Shown here in pieces: positions 1 through 11,800 of a DNA stretch of 64,000 nucleotides. The stretch lies in the NCBI RefSeq assembly GCF_035084215.1, contig NC_090337.1, forward strand, positions 50,468,001-50,532,000, read 5' to 3'. The notes below the pieces were generated by a model. The model ran no database searches. It worked only from the letters and a program-made list of their open reading frames with translations, and was not told the DNA's origin. The stretch's first letter is position 1, and every line of letters begins with the position of its first letter. The DNA is from Heptranchias perlo. Lineage: Eukaryota. A program made the translations under genes and the position numbers.

Positions 1-1154
1 TTATCTGTGGAATTAGGATAATCAAGTTGTGTTAGAGATAAAACTCTGTACTTCCATTCATTTCTTGATCTCTGGTAAGCCAAAAGTAAAATGGTTTTTC
101 AAACAATGCAGAATTTTGTTCAGGTTAATATAATGTGTTATGGATAGCTCCATCTAAGCTAAATACAGCAATATAAACTAAATCCTAGCTGGGCAAAGAT
201 AAATTCCAGTGTATTTCCTATATTAACTGTGGGCTTTGTCGGTGTAACATTGGGATTTTGTGTCGAATCGCTCCTTTGAGCCCGGACATTGGTTTTCCAT
301 CCTTAAGCGCCCGGGTCTGACACAAATATTGATCATTCCTACACCGCTTCCAGTATTCTAACAAAAGTGTTACCTTTTATTTTACATTAGCTACCAGAGT
401 GTTAGCTAGGCTCTGTTGGCAGCAATCTCACCTCTAAATCAGAAGGTTGTGTGTTCCAGTGTTGCTCCACTATTTTAGCACATAAACTAGGCTGACAAAA
501 CAATTCATTCTAAGTAAAGCATTTAGAGATGTTTCCATGAGAAGTGATAAGTTGCTATATAAATGCACATTTCTTTTTTCCCCCCCCAGTGGCTCTTTAA
601 TACCTTTACCACATACAGTACAAAATCATGTCGGTGCCTCCCCTAACTGTACAACTACCATAAATGCTTAATCGTTCTAGTGAACCCAATACAAAGAGCT
701 AAGAGGAAGGCGATGTTCTGATTTAGTTAATTAATTAAAGCAGATATAGCTAATATGCAAGAGAGAAAGAGACAGGTTGATGCATATTCTATTTTAACCT
801 GAATTTAACATAGAAAATGAAGAGAATATATCGACAGCCTTGATGGTGTACTGACCTGCTATGCTATGGGATGGTAGTACACAGGTGTTACCATTTGGAG
901 TTTGTTCTCCCACCCTATTATTATTCGCAGCAAGGAGAGTTTCAAAATGCAGCTCCAAGTCCACTGTGATCTGAAACTTACAATTTTATGCATGCTGTGA
1001 AGAGAAGGCCGCATAAGTAATAATTACCCTTTTATTGCAGCTATCTTTGCATCAAATTGAGCAAACTGAGCAGCAAACTCTTCTGCCAACTCCAAAAGAC
1101 AGAGAACACCACACCTCAAACCACATCCTTCAACAAAAACTTGTATTTATATTT

Positions 1155-1290
1155 TTTTGTTATTAGTTCACGGGATGTGGGCGTCGCTGGCAAGGCCAGC
1201 ATTTATTGCCCATCCCGAATTGCCCTTGAGAAGGTGGTGGTGAGCTGCCTTCTTGAACCGCTGCAGTCCGTGGGGTGAAGGTTCTCCCAC
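1155..1290 (-). mobile_element. LINE (CR1/L2-group) 3' tail fragment
   Basis: Near-identical to 59135-59335 and to the reverse complement of 31100-31232. Confidence 0.7.
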
Positions 1291-1295
1291 ATATA

Positions 1296-3240
1296 ACGCC
1301 TTTAATGTAGTAAAATGTCCCAAGGTGCTTTATAGGAGCGTTATTGAAACAGAATTTGACACCGAGCCACATAAGGAGATATTAGGACAGGTGGCCAAAA
1401 GCTTGATCAAAGAGGAAGGTTTTAAGGAGCAACTTGAAGGAGAAGAGAGAGGTAGAGAGGTGGAAAGGTTTAGCGAGGGAATTCCAGAGCTTAGTGCCAA
1501 GCCAGTGTGGGTTTCAAAACCCCTTTAACAAAAGATATTTGAAGGAAAGGGTTAACTGTAACCTTTTTAAACAAAGACATTTGAAAACCTGCAAACACAG
1601 CATGGATGGGCACGTGGGGGGTGTGGGGGGGGGCACGTGTGGGCATGGGCATGGGTGGGCATAGGTTGGGCACAGGTGGGCATAGGTTGGCACGGTGGTT
1701 GTAACTCATGGGGGATGGGATCGGGGGACAGTCACGGGGGGTGTCGGGATTCGGAGCCATAGCGGGGGTGCGCGATCGTTGAGGGAGGGGATCGGGGATC
1801 GGTGGTTGGAGGATCGGTGTGGGGAGGGAGGATCGAGGGTTGGGGTGGGAGGATCGGGGTCGGTGTTGGGAGGATCGTGGTTGGGGAGGATCGGGGTCGG
1901 CGGATGGATGTCGGGGGTCGGAGGGGGAGGATCAGGGTTGGGGGAGTGGGTAGGGGGTTCGCGATCGGGGGTCGGGGGTCCGTGATCAGGTGGGGGGGGG
2001 GGGGGGTTGGTGCAGGTAGGCTTAGTGGGCCTGGGGGAAGCACTCCTGCTCCTCCGGGCCCACAAGCTGTGCCTTTCTAGGCACCTACCTGTTAGTCTCG
2101 GGCCTTCGCGCCTCCTTTCACGAGGTATAAAACAGAAGGCCTGTGAATCCCAGCCCCCCAGGGTTGATGTCGGGAATTCGAGAAAATGAAGGCCTGAAGC
2201 CTCCTTGAAAGGTTTTAAGGCCTAACCCATCTCCTGGGAGCGGGTTGGTCGCCAACCCCTCTTCCCGCCCCAGTGAAAACCTGAAATAGGTGGGTTGGAG
2301 GCAGGTTGGGGGCGGGTCTGAAATGGAGTCAATTTTCAATGCTCCCCCGCCCCCAACCCAACCCGTTTTTTTACTTTGAAAATTGAGCCCATGGTCTTTT
2401 CTGCCAGTCTCCAGTCACATGATCAAAGCCTAACTGTCAATCATTGAAGTATGTTAATAATTGAGGCATAGCAACAGGGAGCGATTGAACAAAAAGAATG
2501 ACCCTCCCCAATCCTCCATCCTATTGGTAAAACACAATATAAAAAGACTTTGAGAGAAGAACAGGAGCTCTCTTCTCTTCACCAACTGGCAGTCACAAGG
2601 AATGCACACTGCAGTTGATCATCATGCACGAACAAGAGGACCTTCAGGCCTGATGAGCAAAATCCTTGCTTTAAAGGTTGTACATGTATTAATGATTTGC
2701 CTGATGTGTGTATGAATTGTTAAGTTATTACATAATAACACTGTGAATTATTAAGTCTATAGTGGGATTTTATAAAGGAAAGTCATTTGTATGGTTTGCT
2801 TTTGTTTCATGAATGATTGTATGAATGATAACAACATTAAATAATTACTTTCGATTAACAAAACTATCATGAGTGAGGGTGATTTTCTTTGCTTTTCTAT
2901 TCGTCCAGTGTCCAAGAATCGCACAAATTAAGGAATTCCCTACAGCAGCTGAAGGCATGGCCGCCAATGGTAGAGCAACCTAAATTGTGAATGAGCAAGA
3001 GGCCAGAATTCAAGGAGCGCAGAGATCTCGGAGGGTTGTAGAGCTGGAGGGTATAACAGAGATAGGGAGGGGCGAAGCCATGGAGGGATTTGAAAACAAG
3101 GATGAGAATTTTAAAATCGAGGCATTGCCGGACTGAAAGCCAATGTTGTTCAGGGGGTGATGGGTGTATGGGACTTGATGTGGGTTAGGATAGGGGCAGC
3201 AGAGTTTTGGATGAGCTCAAGTTTAGAGAGTGCAAAGTGG
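1296..3240 (-). mobile_element. L2-like LINE fragments (about 1296-1500 and 2930-3240) separated by inserted DNA
   Basis: Reverse-strand L2-like tail text that resumes at ggaattcc after the interruption. Confidence 0.45.
1500..2390 (-). mobile_element. Non-autonomous Harbinger-type element with GC-skewed low-complexity interior
   Basis: Ends in AAAATTGAGCCC; reverse-complement relative at about 18312-19190; explains the Gly/Pro-rich pseudo-ORFs. Confidence 0.6.
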
Positions 3241-4896
3241 GACCTTCAGGCTAAAATTAGTGGAAGAACTTATTTACAAGAAGAAGAATTATACAAAAGT
3301 AGAAGAAAAAAAGCAATTAAACAGCAATACAATACTTGACTTACATAATATTTAAGCTGAGCTGATAATATAAAAGGTCTAAAATCTTGGCATCTATTTC
3401 ATAATCTTTTAACTGAGTCTGTTATAAATGTAATATGGGTGCTTCAGCTCCATGGAGCTCTCCCACTGCTGTTATGTAGCAACTGGTATGTGAACAGGGA
3501 AATGAACATCTTAAATCAGCTGCCCAGATGTACACCTGGATTTCATTGGAAGTGAACACCAGTTTCTTTGAAGGACATCAAAGATCAAAGCGATCTTTTC
3601 CCACTTGATCTGAAATCAACCAATTTTACCAGCAAATTAGAGAAAAGTGTGAACAGTACATTTCCAGCCATTCCGATGGGCCTATTGATATCTGACTTGC
3701 ATATCAAATAGATCGGCTCTCAGAATGACCCTTCAGAATCTGACAAGTTCTGCCAGTTTCACAAAAAAATTACATTTCAAAGATGAGGGAATTTCTGATG
3801 TAATTAACTTTTAAGTGTATGTAATAACTTCCCTCCAGGAAGCAGGCTGGTCCGTATCGCTTCCCATAGAAATGCAGATATCTCTAGACAGTATTCATGT
3901 ACTGTTGTTTCCCCACAAAGGCAAAGGAACTCCTTTAAGAATGGAGCTAATTGACATTTGCAGTATTTTGGTCTGTCAAATTTAATATGAAAAGATATAG
4001 GGGAAAATATTAACCTAACCTACCCCCTGGGAAACTGACAGGATTGGATTTTGTTTCTGTTTTAATTCCTGCCTGATTTTTACTTTCCACTGACTTCAAT
4101 ACTGTTGATGGACTCCCAGCATTATTTGTGCCCTCTTGTTAATTTGCCCTTGGAGTTGTGGGAAATTGGTGTTGCTGCAGCATTAACCTGGCTGCAATAG
4201 CTTAAAGGGGCATGGCAGCCATTTTATATTTTAAGCAATTTGGATCAATGCAATGTCGGAGGTTAGTCGCTCTTCAGGGAAGCGAGCTCCCTCTTTTACA
4301 AACTATTCAGTTAAAGAATGCCTGCAAGTAGGAGTAGGAGAATGTTTTCCAAATGGGAACCTTGGTAGTTGTGGAGAAGAGCTACATGCCAATTAACTAA
4401 TGAGTTGATGTAGTTACCAAAACAGAACAGGTAATACAGATACAGACCTCTTGCTCTATGGACTTAGATAAGTGGGATGAGACCCTAATGGGAAGTGGGT
4501 GTTCACTCTATATTGGACAGACAGAAACTCTACTGCATGGTCTTCTCAGTAGTTTAATTTGGAGACTCAAATGTAGTGATGTGTTTCTGTGCATGTCAGA
4601 CATCCAGCTTACCAAAACAAAAATTGAATATGCATTTGTAGCAAAACAAATACTACAGATCAGATAACATAAAAGGTAATAAATATGAATCATGTAAAAA
4701 CTAGATGAGTAATTATTAGTACAATTAAGACAATGTTTTAAACTATTTTTCAGTAAGGATACTAATTTTATTTTGCAGCACACGCACACTTCTCAGTTAT
4801 TCTCCATCTTGTGTGTAATTTAAAACCTTTCGACAATAATTTTCTGATCAACTTCTCAGCAACAAAATCACAACATATTGTTTGCAAAGTTCATAC

Positions 4897-4902
4897 TTTA
4901 TT
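4897..4902 (-). promoter_or_regulatory. Probable polyadenylation signal (AATAAA) of the RBR gene
   Basis: tttatt on the + strand about 950 nt past the RBR stop, at the end of an AT-rich UTR-like stretch. Confidence 0.4.
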
Positions 4903-5852
4903 GAACCAAACCTTTTACATATTTGAATTTTCCTTACAAGATAATTACAATTAACTATAGTATTACAACTCAAACAAATTCTTCAGTGTACTCATTTTTT
5001 TCCAGATTAGTTTTACATGCCTGAAAGAATTCCTAGTTAATTAGCTTGTGACTCCTGTCCATCTGTTTCTATATCACTGGAGGCATTTTTGTCAACTGTG
5101 TGCTGCTCCCATATAAACATTTAACAGACTTGTGCCAAATTCCTCCATATACGTTACTTCCCTTTATATATTTTATTTCAAGAAACTGAACATTACAAAG
5201 AAATAGAATACAAGTTGAAACAATAAATTGACAAACATTTAATAGCTCAGGTATAACTCCAAAAAAAGATTAAAATTGCACACTGCTTAACACACAGATT
5301 CGAGTGATGCATATTCTCAACACCTCTTTTATAGGACAGTGTATATTTGTGCAGTAATAGCACTTCACTTATTTTAAATGTAGACCTTAATACTTTTAAA
5401 ATTAAATGTTTATTTTAAATGGTTTAACATTAAGAAAGCACTAAGAGGGATTTAGCATAAATACATAAGTGCAAGAGTTGAAAAATATACTCCACTTACA
5501 TCAATCAACAGCTATAAAATTTCATCCACATATAGAATGAAGTACAGAAGAAGAAAGAGCCATGTTTTGATATGTCACTGGCACTGATATTATATAGAGT
5601 AAATGCTACAGTCCTCAGTAATTCAGAGATGAAAGTATCATGAAATAATTTTCTTAACAATTTGAAATGCCAATTATAATTTTTTTTTGCTTGGTAACAT
5701 TTCTTACCATAGTATTATCAAAATGCAGCTCCTCATAACATTTAGCAAAATAGGGTAACATTGATCAACAAAAATGACTTGCATTGTGACATTGGTTATC
5801 ATGTGGTCAGCCTCTTCATATTTTCGTGCAATATTAGACTCTGATTATTTGC

Positions 5853-8800
5853 TTACATAATTGTACACAATTGCTGGGAAGATGCAGCAAGATTTGCAGC
5901 AAGATTTGCAGCAGGATTTGCAGTGTGATTTGCAGTGCGATTCCACACAGGAATACTTGTTTGCCTTGGGGCCACAGGTTTAGCACAAAGAGCAGCATAG
6001 TTAGAATTTTTGCTGCAAATTTCTTTAGTCTGAAGGCAAGCAAAGCAAAATTCTACATGGCATCTGGCGCATATGACATATTTACACATAGCTTTATGCT
6101 CTAAGAGTAACCCGCATGTAGGACAAGCACGGATTTTGGGACAGTTCAGAATCTTGCTGTAGGATAAAACTTTTGTGTCACAGTTTTTCAAAGTTTGCAG
6201 CTGGATGTTGGTGCACCCCTCATTGTCACATCGATCAGAGCGTGGTGCTCGGCCCTTCCACTCCTTCAGACATTGCCAGCAGAATTCATAAAACTTCCCT
6301 TTCCCGACTGTACAGATTCTACATCTCACCGAGAGATTTGTCAGATCTTTTCGCTCTACACAGCTTTTACATTCAGGGCACTTTTAAAAAAAAAAGACAG
6401 AATAATGAAATGAACACTTAAAAGAATATGCTGGTGCTAAAGTAGGGAGAAAATGGCTGCAATCAGTGTGCAACGCTGCTATAAAGTGATACAGACAATT
6501 TTGGACCTTAACGCTGAACTCAACGCACAGTCTTATCCCTGACCATCTGAACGTTTCTTACAGTGCCTGAAGGACCCCCCCACCAGCGCTATTTAAAGGG
6601 CCATGCAGGTGTTGCAGGTTAGTTGCTGGATTATTGCTTCTGGCTGCTGGTGGAATAGGAAGTGTTTTTTAAAGCTCCCTATTCTTATTGAGTTCCTACA
6701 CTACTTTTGAGAGCGCTTTGGCAGGTATTGCCTTACGGGTCGGAAAGTTACAATCCTGATGGAACAACATTCCTGCCAACCATGGGCGGTCTGCTAGGGC
6801 TCCCGTTGGGCATTGAGCATGACTGGGAGCATGCAGAGAGGCCACAGCCAGCAGGTCAAGCTACGAGGAGGCGCAGGGCATGGAGCAGGAGGCCCTATCC
6901 AATGAGGGCGTTCAGGGATCAATTCTCTTAACTCAACATGACTGAGGAGGATTGCATCCGATGCCTGAGGTTCACCAAGGAAGCCATCACCGAGATCTGT
7001 CAACTGGTGCGGCCACAACTGCAGCCTCAGAGCAGGGCAAGGACACCATTGCCTGTGGCTGTGAACATCACCGTGGCACTGAATTTCTACCGCTCAGGAG
7101 CATTTCAGGCCTCTGCTGGCGACATGCAACATCTCGCAGTATGCAGTGCACTGCTGCAAAAGGGAGGTAACAGATGCACTGTACCGCATGAGGAACAGGT
7201 TCATCACCTTCCCTCTTGACAGTCAATCAGAACGAGTGAGCACGGGGGTTCACCTGCTTTGCTGGCTTCCCCATGGTGCAGAGTGCCATGGACTGCACAC
7301 ATATTGCCCTGCGTGGCCCGCACATCAACTCGGCTGTCTTCGTCAACCGAAAGGGCTTCCACTCCCTCAACGTGCTGCTGGTGTGACCACACACATCGCA
7401 TCTTGGAGTCCGATGCCCACTACCCTGGGAGCATCACAATGCCTTTGTCATGCGGCAGTCCAATGTGCCAGCTATCTTTCATCCGACTCCGAAAGTCAAA
7501 GGCTGGCTATTGGGCGACAAGGGCTATCCCCTCACGACGTGGCTCATGACACCAGTCAGGAATCCACGTACATGTGCACAGCAGGCCTATAATGAGAGCC
7601 ATGCTGCCACATGCAACATCGTGGAGCACACCATAGGCCTCCTCAAACAACGCTTCCGCTGCCTGGACCGGTCTGGAGGAGCCCTGCAGTACTCCCCTGA
7701 GCGGGTGGCCAGATTTGTGGTGGTCTGCTGCATGCTGCACAACCTCGCCATCATGAGGGACCAGCCTTTGCCACCAGTGTCTGCAGAAGATCCTGAGGAG
7801 GAGGAGGAAGAGGAGGCTGAGGAGGAAGAGGCGGAGGAGCAGGAGGAGGGGTTGGAGCCGGAAGAGGAGGTGGAGGAAGATGCAAGGGTGCAGCAGGAAC
7901 CACACGTCTTGTCTGCAAGGGCTCTCTGTGCTCGCCTGATCCGTGCCCGCTATCAATAATTGGAACTACATCCCCCAACTCACCAACAGTCCTACATTCC
8001 CCAACTTTCCCCTCCCACAAGACAATCAAATCTCCCTCCATCAGATTACACATTGGTGTCCTTCTCAGCTCATTGCATAAATAAAAACCACCACCAAATG
8101 CAAAATCAAACTCTCATTTATGGATTAATAAATGAAAATATGCAAACATAACAGAACTATTCACCCTTGTGCATTCCCTTAGTGCCTGTTGTTCGTGTGC
8201 CTTTACCTATCCTAGTGCTCCTACAAGGTGCTTCCCCAGTGGCTGGAGCATGGGTGGTGGAAAGCTGCTGGCTTTCAATGAAGGAACGTCCAGATGGCCT
8301 TGGGGGACGATCTCGAGCAGCTCTGGGCCTGGAGGGCCCGGCTTCAGACTGCACCATCTCAGCATGGGCTGCAGCAGTCTGGCCTGGCTGGCCGACAGGC
8401 AACGACAGGGGCAGTGGTGAAGTGGCAAGGGTGGGAGCAGGAATGCTGTCGTCCTGAGAGAGGACAGCAGGTCTGAATGCCATGGTGCCACTGCCACTCT
8501 CCCGGGGCAGCGCCTCAGCACTCCTGGTGATTGGCTTGAGAACGGATTTCTGGAGTGCTGTGATGCCCTGGAAGCCCCGTTCCACAGTGGTCCCCGGGGC
8601 CACGATAGCAGCAGTCTGAACTTCCAATGCAGCAGTCTGAGCTGCAAATGCAGCAATCAGACCTTGGATGGCAGATGTTTGTGCTGCAATGGATGCTGCG
8701 ATATCAGTCATCAGACGCTGCATCATGGCGGATTCCACAGATGCGCTGATGGAGGTGACCACCCGTTCCATGTGGGAAAGGATGGGCTCCAAGCTCTGCG

Positions 8801-11800
8801 CAAAGCCCTGCGCAAAGTTGGAGCTGGACTCCTCCATGCCCCTTCTCAGGCTTTCTGGCAGGCTTTCCAGTGCCCCAAGCATTTGTTGGTGTACGCCCAT
8901 CATGGACCTGGCAATTACGCCCGTCTTCTGTAGCCTGGCCCATCAAAGTCCTCATCTGACTCCTCTGCAGCAGAACTAGTGAGTGACCTCGCCCTCCGGC
9001 GAGTTGGCTCCTGTGGTATCCATTCCCTCCGCCCTGGCTCCTGCGGACTTGTGCTCGGTGTCTCACCACATGCAGAACCCTCCTCTAACCTAACCTCTAA
9101 AGGACGTGCAGTGTCAGTCTCTGAGCTGGTGGGTGCGAGTGTCAGATCGAGTGACGGTGTGGCTTCAATGTCCCCCTCCTCCTCCTCCTCCTTCTCCGGT
9201 GCCGCCACGTGTTCTTGGGTATCTGCAATGACAAAGGGAAACAGTTTGAGTTGTGGAGTGGGGAAAGGAGCAAGTAAGAGGTGTGTGCTGACAGCATATG
9301 CAGCAAGTGAGTCAGAAAAGGTTATGGAGGAGGGAGATGTGGAAAAGGAGAAGGAGCATTAGATATGCAGAGATCCCTTGACTGGGACATCCAGCGGGGC
9401 ACATTGTAACGGCTGCAGCGACGGCCTGCCCAATGATCCGCAGCACCGTCTCATCAAGGGGGGTGAGGAGATGTAGACATGCCCGTCCAGCCTCAGGTCC
9501 CTCCTGCTGGCGGGTGTTATACACCACCTTCTCCTGCAAGACAGAGGACACCGTGGCAGTGAGTGTCCTGCAAGGTTTGTGGGTGATGTGCCTGACATGG
9601 TCGAATAGCTGCCAGTTTGTGTGACTTGAGTGGTGGTTGTGTGGCCTGCAAGTCTGGTATTATGTGCGGGTGAGATGCAGCATTGCGTATGGATGGCAGT
9701 GTTTGTTGGTGGGTGGTTGGGTGACGGGAGGTGTCGTGCATGGAGTATTGGTGCAGTTGGTTGGATGTGCCACTTGACACTTGCATTCACTCACCTTTAC
9801 CACTCGCGTCAAATCATTAAATTTCTTGCGACACTGCACCCACGTGTGTGGTGCAATGCTCCTGGCATTCACCTCCTGTGCCATGGTCTGCCGATGCCTA
9901 CGCAGCTGTAGTCTAGACAGTCTCCGGCCACCCTGCGGGTACCTGGCTGCCCTCCTTTGGTCCACACCTTCCACCAGGGCCATCAAAGCATCATCAGAGA
10001 ATCTTGGTGCCCGCTCTCTTGCTGGTGCAGCTACTCGTGATGCCATTCTCCCTTTTCCTACTTGGCTGTGTATTTGCCATTGGAAATGCGCCTGCACCTT
10101 TAAGAGGTGCAGGCAGCTGATGACATGAACTGTCCACGCCCCATTTCCAACTTCCTCATTCTCCATGCTGTCTCTCAGCAGCGAGGGCTGTGCTTGCTGC
10201 ATGGAGATTTCATGGTAAGTATCAGGCAGCACGAAGTTCATGTGCTGCCTGCGTTGGGTCCGGTGGGCGCAGGGTCGTAGCGCATTGCGCTACTATCGCC
10301 CAGAATGGACCCTTATCCAATTTTTCCCCCTTTTTATCCAAGCAGTGTGTGGTCTCCTTATTCTTCCTACTAAAATGCACCACCTCACAAGTATCTACTT
10401 GAAATTAATTTGCCAATTACGCACCGATTCTACAAGTTTATTAATTTCTTCTTGTATTTCATCACATTCTTCCTCAGTATTAACTATATCCCCAATTTGG
10501 TGTCATCCGCAAACCCAGCTTCCATACGGAGATGGTGAAAAGAAGATCCCCCTCATCACCCCGGAGAAATCCTTTTTGAGAAATTAGTGTGGAAACATCG
10601 TATCGACCACATGATGGCTGCATGTATATGGCCAGGATGTCCAAGTACATTAAAGCTAAATCCTCTAATTGAGACTTGGTACCCCAATCCAGGCGTACCA
10701 ACAACCCCTCCCCCATCCCCCCCAACACTCCCCCCACCCCCCACAGCACTTAGTAGAAATATAGTGATTTCCTCCGCCACAGTGAGCAGTACTTAGCAGT
10801 TTGGAGCCAATCCCCACCCTCCCCCACCCTTTCCCCTCCAATGAACATTACTCAAGTGATTGGAACCCATCCCCCTCAGCCAAGTAACACCCACTTCGCA
10901 CACTGACTATTGTTTTGGTGATTGTAAAGGCCACTCACTTATGGTTTTCACAGAATAATGGACAGAGAGGCGGAATTCAATCCTCAAAGTAAAACTCCCA
11001 GTCTACCATATCTCTCAAATCACAAATCAGTGGCCCTGGTAATAATTGTGCATTAAAATGCATAAAACTCCTGTCATTATAAAATGTAGAATTACATAGA
11101 ATTTACAGCACAGAAACAGGCCATTCTGCCCAATAGATCTATGCCAGTGTTTATGTTCCATACGATCCTCCTCCCACCTTACTTCAGCTCAGCCTATCAC
11201 CATAACCTTCTATACCTTTCTCCCTCATATACCTATCTGGCTTCTCCTTAAATGCTATTTGCCTCAGCCACTCCATGTGGTAGCGAGTTCTACATTCTCA
11301 CCACTCTCTAAGGAAATAAGTTTCTCCTGTATTCCTTATTAGATTTCTTAGTGACTATCTTATATTTATGGCCCCTAGTTTTGGACTCCCCCACAAGTGG
11401 AAACATCTTCTTTATGTCTACCCTATCAAATCCCTTGATAATTTTAAAGATCTCTATTCGGTCACCCCTCAGTCCTCTCTTTTCTAGAGAAAAGAGCCCA
11501 TGCCCGTTCAGTCTTTCTCACCGTGAAAAATGCCATGAGGGACCCCCTGTTTTTGTTTTAATTTCCCCTTTTAACAAGTGATTCTTAAAGGCAAACAGGA
11601 TTGCAATCAGAATTTGTTGGACAAAATTGTAATTGAACGATGGAAGGCCTTCAGGAGGGAAATGGTTCAGATACAGAGTGGACACATTCCCACATGGGGG
11701 AAAGGAAGGGCATCCAAAGCTAGAGCTCCCTGGATGACTAAAGATGTAGAGATTAAAATGAAACAGGAAAGGAGGCTTATGATAAATGTAAGATTCATAA

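Larger units (their letters stand above)
6445..10329 (+). mobile_element. PIF/Harbinger DNA transposon, near full-length but defective, in RBR intron 3
   Basis: Convergent transposase and Myb/SANT genes; imperfect TIRs gggagaaaatgg ... ccaatttttcccc. Confidence 0.85.

Noticed and set aside
220-360. Possible minus-strand exon (YWKRCRNDQYLCQTRALKDGKP...) near the window start
   Set aside because: Has an acceptor-like site but no recognisable homology and no linked exons I could identify
1491-2339. Pro/Gly-rich ORFs (also 18493-19404 and 26323-26664)
   Set aside because: Low-complexity interiors of repeated non-autonomous elements
3570-3595. Tandem TCF/LEF-like motifs (CATCAAAGATCAAAG)
   Set aside because: Short motif with no supporting context or conservation data
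6782-10046. Domesticated HARBI1/NAIF1 host genes
   Set aside because: Premature stop and frameshifts, convergent two-gene layout within TIRs, and related remnants elsewhere in the window
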